DNA of 62,844 nucleotides, counting the filler, from Stramenopiles sp. TOSAG23-2 (lineage: Eukaryota), in the NCBI GenBank assembly GCA_900128395.1. It is 17 parts of 17 records of this genome, joined end to end, with 100 filler letters (N's around TTAATTAATTAA, not from the genome) between each part and the next. Parts side by side here need not be neighbours in the genome. Positions count along the whole stretch, not along the records: positions 1 to 3,970 come from LT651038.1; positions 4,071 to 8,036 come from LT651039.1; positions 8,137 to 12,100 come from LT651040.1; 14 more parts are not named here. One strand, 5' to 3'. The translations under genes and the position numbers were made by a program. This document shows positions 1 through 10,847 of this stretch, one piece after another (within the stretch, counting starts at the first letter, position 1; each line of letters begins with the position of its first letter). The notes beneath the pieces are model-generated. The model had not been told where the DNA came from. It saw only the letters and a program-made list of their open reading frames with translations, and made no database searches.

Positions 1-591
1 GTACTTAAAACTATAGTATGGAGATTTTTTGTTATTTTCTATAGTAATGATAATTCTCCCTATGAAGTTTTTTTAATATATGGAAATAGCATTTAGAAAT
101 TAGCATGGACACAGGCCTTTCAACATTTTACACTTGAAAATTGTGTTTTTCTGCCACATTTTCTGTTTTTCATTTCCTATCATATTTATACTTAATATAG
201 TCCTTTTCATATACTCAGTAGATTTGTAGTGTTTGATATATTTGATAGGCCATATTAGGTATTTTTTGTACTTGAGAGAAGGTCGAAAACAAAAATATAA
301 TTTTTTGGCCCGTTTTTGATAGGAAGAATATATTTTATTTATATACTGTAATAAGTATATTGAGGTCAGATGGCCTCACAACAAATAATAAATAATCATC
401 ATCGAAAAAAAAAAAAAAAAAAAATAAAAAAAAAGGAGGAATAATTAATTGCACAATTCTAACAATTGCTTTCACAAAAAAATAATAATACGAAGGGATG
501 ATAGATATGAAACAAGGGGATATATATATATATATATAATAAAGAAGGAAAGTATACGCGCGAGAATCAATAAAAGCATCATTCAAATAGT

Positions 592-1803
592 ATGCCGCGC
601 CCGACACGTAGTAGTACCCGTAACAACAGAAATGGTACGAATGGTACTACTACTACTACTACATTGCAACAAGCACTTGCTAGAGCAGATGCGGATAAAA
701 GAAGGCATAGCGCTGGTCAATACAACGCTGTAAAAGCAAATAGGGCACGAAAAAGAGCGCTGCAAGTTCTTGAGGGACCAAATTCTTTCTTAGAAGATAT
801 TCGTTATACAGTCTCGCCGCATTTGCTAAATATTTGGAAATTGATTGTCTGTGATGAAGAGAGAGGGTTAATCAGTGTATCTAGAAAATATACTAAAGCA
901 ATGCGACGGGATGAGGCAAAGAGGCAACAACTTGCTGAAGCATGTTTTAAGGCAGCTATTAATTTTCAAAAACGTTCACGTGAACAAACCGTTCCAATTA
1001 TTCCAACGAACTTGGAGAACGAGGCAGCGAAGAAGAATGTTAATGCTAGAATGTTGAGTTTAATGGAAGGCTTACTACCATCGGATGATATTGAAGATGC
1101 ACTAATTGATATGTTAAAGTTGCATCGCAGTAGGAAACATTTGAAAGAAAGAAAAGATGCAAATGGTGCTTCAAAGTCTAAACGTATTAGACAAGATATT
1201 ATGGCACCAATGACATCGAAAAGGCATAGGGATGATGATCAGAAAAGCGATAATTCACGGGAAATCCTAATCTATACAACTGAAGCATATAAAAAAGCAG
1301 AAATAGTGCGTAATGAGATGATGGCTGAGATTATTTTGAAATGGGGATTGTTTGATTACAAGCATATGATAGCTGCAAGAAGAATTGAAGCAAAACATAT
1401 GAAACGTTTACTTGAACCAAAGTTAACATTTGAAAAATTCTGTGGCGGTCGTTTTTTCACAGTTTTATTAGAAAGACAATTTATTCCAAAATTAAGGGAG
1501 CAGAAGAAAAATGACCCTGATTATAAAATCATGCCAATCATTGCACGTGACTTGAAACATTCAAAAGGGCATTTTGCATTTAGTTCAATTGAAAGAAATA
1601 TCAGAGGAAAAGGACCAGGGGATAATTGGACCATTCGTGAATATAAGCCAGTATCAGTACAAATTAAAAAAGGAAAGAAAGTTGATGGACGGTTCGTTAG
1701 CAATGACATTGGTAGTAGTAGCAGTCATAATAATGATGAACTATTATATCAAAATGATAGTGTTCGTATAACTGGTAAACGAGGATTTGCGGAAAGTGTT
1801 TAA
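592..1803 (+). CDS. Hypothetical basic protein, 403 aa
   Basis: Long ATG-initiated ORF with coding-like composition between AT-rich flanks; no family motif recognised. Confidence 0.8.
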   Translation: MPRPTRSSTRNNRNGTNGTTTTTTLQQALARADADKRRHSAGQYNAVKANRARKRALQVLEGPNSFLEDIRYTVSPHLLNIWKLIVCDEERGLISVSRKYTKAMRRDEAKRQQLAEACFKAAINFQKRSREQTVPIIPTNLENEAAKKNVNARMLSLMEGLLPSDDIEDALIDMLKLHRSRKHLKERKDANGASKSKRIRQDIMAPMTSKRHRDDDQKSDNSREILIYTTEAYKKAEIVRNEMMAEIILKWGLFDYKHMIAARRIEAKHMKRLLEPKLTFEKFCGGRFFTVLLERQFIPKLREQKKNDPDYKIMPIIARDLKHSKGHFAFSSIERNIRGKGPGDNWTIREYKPVSVQIKKGKKVDGRFVSNDIGSSSSHNNDELLYQNDSVRITGKRGFAESV

Positions 1804-2301
1804 AAACATTAGAGAGAGAAATGTTTACTCTGTACAGCACTACACAGTATTATCATATATTTTAAAAAAGAAAGAATTTATTTTTTGTTGTCGATAATAT
1901 TGTGCGTATACATATTTTCGTACAGTGCTTACATATATTTTTAAAAATTTTTTTAACAAAAATTTACCGCGCGTGTCTCGTAAAGATGTTTTAAAATTAT
2001 TAATATAATATATGTATAATAATATTATGAAATAAATAGTAGTGCGTGTTTTGTATTTTTATGATCTTTTAGTTACTCGAAAAATATCTTTTATAGCGTG
2101 TTTTCGTAATACGACACTTCGTATTGAAATCAAAAAATCAAAAAATAATTTTGTGGAGAATTTTTTTCTTCTGTGATATGCATATACGTACATATTATAC
2201 ACACACACACACACACAGTACGTACATCATATAATCTGCTTTTAATATATTACACTATACACACGGTCTCCTCTATCATATACCTGCAGTTTTGTTTCTT
2301 T

Positions 2302-2976
2302 TTATTTACCGAAATGATGATGGGCTTGTGAATGTTGAAATAATGCTTGCCTGAATCCTGGATTTGACAAAGTTTTTCCACCTAATTTAACACCTCTACG
2401 AATTAGTAAAGACGGTTCTGGTGGTTGTGGCAAACTTTGAACAATTTGTGTAAAAATATTCTGAAATACTGGGCCAATATTTTGATTTGACAATGCATCA
2501 GTCTCAAAATATTCAATACCCAAACGACCAGTCAATTCTGCGATATCCTCCTCTGTGACTACACGATTAGCACCATTATTTTCACTAACTTTATTTCCTA
2601 CTAACACTTTTAACATGCTTCCAAATTTATCAACTTGTTCACACCATAACTCAATGTTTTCAAATGTTATTCTATTGTTCACATCAAATACTAAAATTGC
2701 ACCAGCAGCACCTGCGCAAAACCTACTATTTAAATTTCTATACCTCCCAGCACCTGGACAATCCCAAAATTGCACGCGATATGTTTGACCTTCTACCTCA
2801 TAAAACTTTATTCTAAAATTAATACCGACGGTATTATCACTGCTACCACCACGAGAATATGCCGATGTTCCTTCACTATCTAAAAGTGTGGTTTTACCTA
2901 CACCACTATCTCCACATATGACTACTTTAAAAGAAAAGTGGTAACCACCAGCTAGATCCTCGACTGAAGTTGACAT
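2302..2976 (-). CDS. Atypical Rab-like small GTPase
   Basis: FKVVICGDSGVGKT (P-loop), TVGINF (effector region), WDCPG (G3), GAILVFDV, LVGNK (G4), YFET; no C-terminal cysteines. Confidence 0.9.
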   Translation of the reverse strand: MSTSVEDLAGGYHFSFKVVICGDSGVGKTTLLDSEGTSAYSRGGSSDNTVGINFRIKFYEVEGQTYRVQFWDCPGAGRYRNLNSRFCAGAAGAILVFDVNNRITFENIELWCEQVDKFGSMLKVLVGNKVSENNGANRVVTEEDIAELTGRLGIEYFETDALSNQNIGPVFQNIFTQIVQSLPQPPEPSLLIRRGVKLGGKTLSNPGFRQALFQHSQAHHHFGK

Positions 2977-3628
2977 TCTTTTCTTCTATATAGTTTTCTA
3001 TTTTGTCTTATTGTATGTTGATATATATGTGTAAATAATATGTATACGTTTGTATGTTTCACATGGCTATATAATATGTGTTTGTTTAGTGGCAAAACAA
3101 AAAAGAAGAAGGAGACAAAAAAATAACTGCTCAAAATAATAGGAAGAAAGCTGTGGAATTGTTGTTGTGCGATAATAAAAGGTATTTAATAGTAGTGTAT
3201 AGGGGTATAATAATTCAATAAGTTTTATTCTAATAATTATAATAAATAAGAATATTCATAAAGTATTAATAGGTTAAATAATAATAAACACAATATTACA
3301 GGAGACAGGAAGTATACTAAAATTATATAAAATAAAGTCTGTTGTCTGTCTGTTTTCATCCGCCCTATCTCTATCCTCGTAGTATTTCCATGCTATAGTT
3401 TCTTGTGTCGTTATTATAAAAAATATTAGGTTGGTTGCCAGGTTGCAATAATGCTGCTGCATGCTGTTGTTGTTGTTGTTATTTTTTATTGCTTCTTTAT
3501 TATTGAGCAAAAAAACCCAAAATTAATAATAAAAATAAAAATAAATTTTAATAGATAGATAGATAGAAGATATGTAACTAAATCAAAACAAAACAGTGTA
3601 AATGAAACAAAGTATTAAATTAAAAATA

Positions 3629-3970
3629 ATGAATGATTCATATTACGATGAAGATGACGATTTTACAGATGAGCGCACCCCATTAACAAGTGCTGCTGGT
3701 GGTATTCATGGATCGTCGTCTTTAAATAGAGACGATCACCATAATAATAATAATTATAAACCAGCACTTAGGGAATATAATTTATGTATAAAAATACGAC
3801 ACTCGAAATGGTATTTTATTTTTAATTTATTTGTACTAGTGTTAACAACATTACTAGTTGTGTGGGTTGTTCGATCAAAAGGTCATAATCCTAGAAGTCG
3901 TTTATTTTTCTTAACAGAAACCATCGTTACGTTTGCAGTGGTTGCAGATGTTGTATTAGAAATAGTTTCT
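3629..3970 (+). CDS. Membrane protein N-terminus, possibly ion-transport S1-S2 helices (3' truncated)
   Basis: Acidic N-terminus with ERTPL, then two hydrophobic helices (WYFIFNLFVLVLTTLLVVWVV; LFFLTETIVTFAVVADVVLEIVS); runs into the linker. An upstream in-frame ATG exists at 3602. Confidence 0.6.
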
Positions 3971-4070
3971 NNNNNNNNNNNNNNNNNNNNNNNNNNNNNN
4001 NNNNNNNNNNNNNNTTAATTAATTAANNNNNNNNNNNNNNNNNNNNNNNNNNNNNNNNNNNNNNNNNNNN
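3971..4070. other. Artificial contig linker (N44-TTAATTAATTAA-N44), first of 16
   Basis: Identical 100-nt six-frame-stop spacer starting at 3971, 8037, 12101, 16150, 20199, 24240, 28276, 32308, 36338, 40363, 44380, 48393, 52401, 56409, 60415 and 61630. Contig lengths fall from 3970 to 3906, then 1115 and 1115. Confidence 0.99.
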
Positions 4071-4072
4071 AA

Positions 4073-7000
4073 GGTAAACTCAAGGTAGCTGAAGAAAAGT
4101 TAAAGGAATTGCAACAATTACGCGAGCAAAATCCTAAAGGAGGATTTTTGAATTGTTTCAAACAATCAAATAAACAACCACAGGGACAAATTACAGCTAA
4201 TACAAATATGGTACAGGCTTTACCCAAACCAATTCCGTGTAAAATATGTCCAGATATAAATGCGAAGCTTCTTGCATTGCAAAATGAACACGATCAATGC
4301 AAAAAAGCAAGGGAAATACAAGGAAACAAAGAAAAAGAATTAGAAGGTAAACTCAAGGTAGCTGAAAAAACTAGTTTAAGGACAGAAAAGGAGAAATTAG
4401 AAATTAAGAAAGCATGCGAGACCGAAAAGCAACTGCAAAAGAAGGGTTTCGAAGAAAAGATAAAAGTACTGGAAGATAAACTTCAAGATTTAAGAACTAA
4501 ATTAACAACACAAGCAGTAGAACAAGCGCAACTAGGAAAAGACAATGTAAATGAGGTAAAAAATACATACCAAGAACAATTATTAAAATTAAAGAAACGC
4601 ATTATTGAATTGGATAGAAAAATGGAAAAAGTTAATCTCGATTTGATTAATGAAAAAACAAAATTCGAATCACTTACCAATAGATTTAATGTAAAATTGA
4701 AAGAAAATAAACAACAAGAACAAGAAATTGCAACAATAAATGAAGAATTAAAGAAGTTAAACGAAACATTATCCAGCTATGATAAAGAAATTAATACTGC
4801 AAAAGCAAAACTATCCAGCTATGAAAAGGAAATTGATACTGCAACTACATTGCAAGCAGAAAACAACAAAAAACTAAAAGAATACAGTAGGACTATTGAA
4901 AAGTGGAGCAAGGAAAACAAAAAATTGAAGGGAAAAATAAAACAATTAGAAAATAAAAACAAACAATTGATGGAGCAAAATCCTAAAGGAGGATTTTTGA
5001 ATTGTTTCAAACAATCAAATGAACAACCGCAGGGACAAATTACAGCTAATACAAATATTGTACAGGCTTTACCCAAACCAGGAAACAAAGAAAAAGAATT
5101 AGAAGGTAAACTCAAGGTAGCTGAAGAAAAGTTAAAGGAATTGCAACAATTACGCGAAACCTGGGAAAAGAAGCCAGAACCTAAAGAATGCCAAAAATGC
5201 AAAGAGTTGCAAGCGATAAAGACTGAGAAAAAAACGTTGACAGATAAACTTACTCATTTCAAAAACAAGCATGAAAATTATAAGCAAAAGACGGTAGATT
5301 TAGTAAAAAAAGTTGAAGCTAAGCACAAAAAACTCAAAGCCGAGTATGAAAATTTTAGAGAACAGCATGATAACTTTAATAATAAATTTAAAGAATTAAT
5401 TATAAATGACCTCGGAGGAAACATTGTTGATCTGACAAATCACATATACATCATGAAAAAAGAACTTCAAGACAGTGAAAGGAAAATTAAAATATTAGAG
5501 ACTGAGAATAACAAGCATCAAGAAGATATGAAGTTATTAGTTGATTCTGTCCATGATATAATGGATCATTTAGATACAGATGACTGGAAATTTAGAGTAC
5601 TAAAAGTTGATGAGTGTGTTAAAATACGACTTCCTAAGTTCACCAGCGAAGGCAGTTTGACAAGATTCGAAAAAACTTTTGAAAATGATGACGAAGAGTT
5701 GAACGAAACTTTAAGAGACATTATTGTTGAATGGGAGAGGAAAAAAGACGAAAAAATTAAATTATTAAAACAGGGGAATGTAGCTATAAAGGAAATTCTA
5801 CAAAAGTATGACAAGGTCTGGGAATCTGGACGGAAGGTAATACAATTGGAAGAACAACTACTAGAAATAAGACTTGATGCAAAATTGAAACCACCAAGAA
5901 TTAAGTTTTTAAAATTTGTTGTCAAATATTTAAACAACTCTAACTATTGGACAGACCACAAATATGATGGCATTATTGAAAAACAATATCTAAAAGACAT
6001 AGATACACCTGTAAAAACGCTTTCATTCGCAAAACAGTTTACACAAGAAGATGAAAAGATGAAAATATGGAAAAATAAAACTGTTGAATTTCTGGAAGAA
6101 TTATACGCTTTACACAAAGAATCCATGATAGTAAATCACGAAGACTTTAGCGACGACTCCAACGAATGGAGGAAATGGGATCACACAAATCATAAAATGG
6201 AGCAATTTATACTTTATCAAGGCCACAAACATCTTGAAGTCAGATTTCACGAGTATAATAAACTTTATCAAAAATTAACTGCTAATCATATGGTTCCGCT
6301 AGAGTTATGCAGAAACGATGACTTTATGAGACGTCTGGTAAATATCAAAGACTTTGTTGTGAAAAGGACCAAGAAAAATTTCTCTTTACCACCAGGCTAC
6401 AAATTGCACGAGCAAGTTGATTTTGATGTCCGTGTAAGTTCAACCATAGCAATCGTTTTCGGCCTTCTTATAATTCCATATCCACAAGATTATGTAGAAC
6501 TATGTGAAAAAGAGGATGCGACAGAGTTAAGTAGAAGGTTCTCTTTTAATGAGCGAGATTTGCATAATGACAAATGGCGAAATCGTCAAAAAGAAAAGCA
6601 TTTTAACTGTGGTGCAAAAAAAGATTGCAATAAGCACCCTCAACTATATCCCGGGAAAGACCATATGAATGATACCACTACATGGTACGAGAAAATTAAA
6701 AATACCAATGTCAATAAAGAAAATGGTAAACTTGAAGGTAAAGATGGCTTGAAAGATTACATTCAATGGTATAATGTATCAGATGAAGTGACTTTAGAGG
6801 AACAACCACCAACCGGAAGCCCAAAGAAACAAAATTTGGAAATGAAAATAAAACATTTGTGGGGACCATTTTACAATATGTATAATAACCACCAGTTTTC
6901 AAAATGGTGCCATCGAAAATTTGATCAAATTCGCAAAAATATACGGTCTAATTTGGAGAAGGGCGATATTCTCAAACCAAAGGAAGACTATGAAGAAGCT

Positions 7001-7528
7001 AGAAACAATGTTAAAATGCATAAAAAGGAAGGAGATCATGAGTATCTGAAGACTTTAAATCTCCGAGAGTTTGATATCAAAGTGGAGAAAAAGCGAGTAG
7101 AACATATGAGCAAATTTGGTTTTTTTTATGATGACTTGGAGTTGTCAAAGGAAGAACAAAGATTTGCAGAACATATTCGTGAAATAGTATTAGCCGAACT
7201 TCAAGAACTTTCAAAGTATGTAAAACAAGCCATTGAACAAGATGAAACAATTATGGAAGTATTTTGTACAAAATATCTAGAGCTAGATTCAATTCTTCGA
7301 TTCATTATGAAACTACCATTTGTCATGGAAAAAAATTTAAAACTTCCTGGTCAAGATGGTGTAAAACCAATGCATGAAGTTATTCTAGATACACAATTTA
7401 GACAAAACCTTGTAAATTTATTAGCGTTATGCGACAAGACAAAATATGATCTTGAAAGTGATAGAAGTGCTCCTTGGAATGGCAAATTTGGAGCCTCTGA
7501 TGAAGGAAAGTACCCCACTGAAAACTAA
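4073..7528 (+). CDS. Large coiled-coil protein with internal repeats and unknown C-terminal region (5' truncated)
   Basis: Open frame of >1150 codons from the contig start; K/E-rich heptad N-half; repeated blocks EQNPKGGFLNCFKQSN...QALPKP and GNKEKELEGKLKVAE. Confidence 0.85.
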   Translation, partial: GKLKVAEEKLKELQQLREQNPKGGFLNCFKQSNKQPQGQITANTNMVQALPKPIPCKICPDINAKLLALQNEHDQCKKAREIQGNKEKELEGKLKVAEKTSLRTEKEKLEIKKACETEKQLQKKGFEEKIKVLEDKLQDLRTKLTTQAVEQAQLGKDNVNEVKNTYQEQLLKLKKRIIELDRKMEKVNLDLINEKTKFESLTNRFNVKLKENKQQEQEIATINEELKKLNETLSSYDKEINTAKAKLSSYEKEIDTATTLQAENNKKLKEYSRTIEKWSKENKKLKGKIKQLENKNKQLMEQNPKGGFLNCFKQSNEQPQGQITANTNIVQALPKPGNKEKELEGKLKVAEEKLKELQQLRETWEKKPEPKECQKCKELQAIKTEKKTLTDKLTHFKNKHENYKQKTVDLVKKVEAKHKKLKAEYENFREQHDNFNNKFKELIINDLGGNIVDLTNHIYIMKKELQDSERKIKILETENNKHQEDMKLLVDSVHDIMDHLDTDDWKFRVLKVDECVKIRLPKFTSEGSLTRFEKTFENDDEELNETLRDIIVEWERKKDEKIKLLKQGNVAIKEILQKYDKVWESGRKVIQLEEQLLEIRLDAKLKPPRIKFLKFVVKYLNNSNYWTDHKYDGIIEKQYLKDIDTPVKTLSFAKQFTQEDEKMKIWKNKTVEFLEELYALHKESMIVNHEDFSDDSNEWRKWDHTNHKMEQFILYQGHKHLEVRFHEYNKLYQKLTANHMVPLELCRNDDFMRRLVNIKDFVVKRTKKNFSLPPGYKLHEQVDFDVRVSSTIAIVFGLLIIPYPQDYVELCEKEDATELSRRFSFNERDLHNDKWRNRQKEKHFNCGAKKDCNKHPQLYPGKDHMNDTTTWYEKIKNTNVNKENGKLEGKDGLKDYIQWYNVSDEVTLEEQPPTGSPKKQNLEMKIKHLWGPFYNMYNNHQFSKWCHRKFDQIRKNIRSNLEKGDILKPKEDYEEARNNVKMHKKEGDHEYLKTLNLREFDIKVEKKRVEHMSKFGFFYDDLELSKEEQRFAEHIREIVLAELQELSKYVKQAIEQDETIMEVFCTKYLELDSILRFIMKLPFVMEKNLKLPGQDGVKPMHEVILDTQFRQNLVNLLALCDKTKYDLESDRSAPWNGKFGASDEGKYPTEN

Positions 7529-8172
7529 AAAAAATACTAGTATTAACTACGCAACCAACCTCTCTGTTTCGTATTCATTGTTTATCATACAATGTTATCT
7601 ATCAAACCAATTCTATACTTACTTGTATTTTTAGCCTAACCTGTATCCATAGTAAAGTATAGTGGAAAATCCCATATCCGGGATATCATCGATTTTTTAC
7701 ATCGCTTCTTTTTATTCACTTCATACCGATTACACTATGTTATATTACCTATCAAGATACAAAGGGCTTATCAGCTTATCAGTGTCATCTTCTGCAAAAT
7801 ACGTTATAAAAAAAACAGCAAAAAATAATAATAAAAAAATTGTTGTTTATAATAAGAAAATAAGCAACAGTGTGTATATGTTCATGCAGAAAGTTGGAAA
7901 AATCATTTCCTACCATCCGATTTACTACCTCCCTCCTGGCCCTCCCTTGCCTTTCCTTTCCCCTGGCATGCTTTCAACATATAAATATGGCATATTATAT
8001 TCAACCGGTAAAGAGACTGGCAGAAGAATTAGATGANNNNNNNNNNNNNNNNNNNNNNNNNNNNNNNNNNNNNNNNNNNNTTAATTAATTAANNNNNNNN
8101 NNNNNNNNNNNNNNNNNNNNNNNNNNNNNNNNNNNNTATTAATTATTTGGAAACTTAATTAGGTGGAGAATC

Positions 8173-10847
8173 ATGGCCTTTAATAATAATAATAATAATA
8201 GTAATAGATATGCGAATAATCAACCACCTATTACTACTACTAATAATAATAATAATAATAATACCAAAACCACAACAGGGAAAAAGAAGACATTTCAAAG
8301 TAATAGCATAAACAAAAATAGAAAGAGAAAAGGGAAAAAGAACAGAAATCAAAATATAAATCGTGAACATATGTATTTTCATTGGGTAGAATCACATTTA
8401 GATAAACACGATGCACTTAATGCATATGCAAATAATGCTATACATTGGAAAGGGGAGTATAGGAGTCGTCATATGTTTAATGAATTTGTTCGAGCATCTG
8501 TTAGTGTGAAATTTATGGATGATGTTATACGTCTATATGTTGAAAAGAAAATAGAAATGCCAGAGAATGTATGCAAACGCTTTGTAACGCATAGAAAATC
8601 TATTATGGTCATATTACGTAGTGAACCGTTTTTATTAAGAACTGTTCTTTCATTTTTAATGCATATTCCAAATGCATTGGCATTAGGTGCTAAAGTGGAA
8701 GCAATTATTTCGTCTTTACGGATAAAAGTACGCATTTACGATGAGGATGAGCATCAATGGACCGTTCGATACAATCGAATGCTTGACATGGTACATATGG
8801 ATAATATTAATTCCAGCACCTCTGCATTAGCTGCAGTTGCAAATCAAATTGTATCAGCAGAGAAAGAAAGTATGCTAGGCCATTTGAATGTTGAATTTAT
8901 CGGAGAGCAAGGTGTGGGAGATGGTTTGACGCGAGAATTTTTTGATGTAATATCGAAAGATTTATTTTTTAAACCAGTTGGCAAATTTAATATTCCATTG
9001 TTTGAGACAATTGAAAATAATAGCAATGAAATTTTTGTAAAACGATCCAAATATTTTGAAGATTTAGCACTCCCTGTATGTGGCCATTTGCCTTATAAAA
9101 GCAGTAAACGGTTAAAAAATTGTGTTGAAACATGGTTATCCTCTGATCCACTTAATATTACTTGCCCAGTACATCCAATTCCATATTCGCTTACATTGCA
9201 ATATATGTATCGAAAAATTGGAGTGTATGTTGATAAAACGTTCCTTGATAAAAATGATTATTCATCTGATATGGTATGTGTTGAGAGGTCTGGTCGAATT
9301 GTTCGTGAGGAAACGGAGAAATTAATTCAATTTATACAAGAACGAAGGATGTTTTATAAGTGTGTAGGAAGACTCATTGGATTATCTATTATCAATAGAC
9401 AACCATTATCAATATCGTTTCCATTGTTATTTTTTAAACAATTATTGGAAATTCCTTTTGAATTTGATGATTTGAAAGATATCGATTTACAAGTATATAA
9501 AAGNNNNNNNNNNNNNNNNNNNNNNNNNNNNNNNNNNNNNNNNNNNNNNNNNNNNNNNNNNNNNNNNNNNNNNNNNNNNNNNNNNNNNNNNNNNNNNNNN
9601 NNNNNNNNNNNNNNNNNNNNNNNNNNNNNNNNNNNNNNNNNNNNNNNNNNNNNNNNNNNNNNNNNNNNNNNNNNNNNNNNNNNNNNNNNNNNNNNNNNNN
9701 NNNNNNNNNNNNNNNNNNNNNNNNNNNNNNNNNNNNNNNNNNNNNNNNNNNNNNNNNNNNNNNNNNNNNNNNNNNNNNNNNNNNNNNNNNNNNNNNNNNN
9801 NNNNNNNNNNNNNNNNNNNNNNNNNNNNNNNNNNNNNNNNNNNNNNNNNNNNNNNNNNNNNNNNNNNNNNNNNNNNNNNNNNNNNNNNNNNNNNNNNNNN
9901 NNNNNNNNNNNNNNNNNNNNNNNNNNNNNNNNNNNNNNNNNNNNNNNNNNNNNNNNNNNNNNNNNNNNNNNNNNNNNNNNNNNNNNNNNNNNNNNNNNNN
10001 NNNNNNNNNNNNNNNNNNNNNNNNNNNNNNNNNNNNNNNNNNNNNNNNNNNNNNNNNNNNNNGATTATCTATTATCAATAGACAACCATTATCAACATCG
10101 TTTCCATTGTTATTTTTTAAACAATTATTGGAAATTCCTTTTGAATTTGATGATTTGAAAGATATTGATTTACAAGTATATAAAAGTTTGATCAGGTTAA
10201 AACAGCAAGATAAAGATGAATTTGTGACAAATGAAAAAAGTGTAAATGTAATACCATGTGCACCAATTCCATTTAAAGGATTAGAATCAATGGAAGGTGC
10301 GAAAGATGTTTATAAAAAAGTTGTTGATGATGAAGTGTTTCAACCAATTGTACATGATAATTATGATTCTTTAACATCTGTGGATCCACCACGATTAAAA
10401 TTAGCAAAGAAAAAACAGAAAAATAATAACAACAAGAACAGCAAAAAGAATGTAGTTACTTATAAAAATGTGAAATCATATGTAAAAAGTGCTGCATTAG
10501 AATTTGCGCTTGGTCATCGAAGTGATGCAATTTCCACTATACGTTTGGGCTTACATGATATTATACCACGTAAAGTTTTAAGTAAATTTACTGCAGAGGA
10601 GTTGAAATTATTAGTTTGTGATCATGCACGTGAAATCGATCTGCAGCAATTAAAAGAAAATGTTGAATACCGTAGTGGACTTGATGAATCTCATGTAATT
10701 GTGCGTTGGTTTTGGAAATGGGCTTTGCAATTAGATGCAGAAATGCAACGAAACTTATTATTATTTTGGTCTGGTTCAAGCACACCACCATTACATGGTT
10801 TCTTGCCAATAAGTGACAATGTCTGCTTTGCAATGTTCAATACGTAA
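8173..10847 (+). CDS. HECT-domain E3 ubiquitin ligase (interrupted by scaffold gap; C-lobe truncated)
   Basis: LNVEFIGEQGVGDGLTREFF, VGRLIGLSI, DLKDIDLQVYKSL, FTAEELKLLVC, IVRWFW, LLLFWSGS. 9380-9503 is repeated at 10063-10186, so merging the overlap gives one ORF. The catalytic HTCF motif is absent. Confidence 0.88.
9504..10062. other. Scaffold gap whose flanks overlap (negative gap)
   Basis: 124 nt before the gap recur after it with 2 substitutions. Confidence 0.9.

Noticed and set aside
4015-4026. TTAATTAATTAA as a biological repeat
   Set aside because: It is always centred in N44 flanks, so it is an artificial six-frame-stop linker. Gene neighbourhoods across linkers are meaningless.
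7662-8036. 124-aa ORF after the coiled-coil gene
   Set aside because: GTG start, non-coding-like composition and no recognisable motif.
10821-10847. VCFAMFNT as the HECT catalytic motif
   Set aside because: It is too close to the preceding motif and is simply the antisense of sorting nexin codons.
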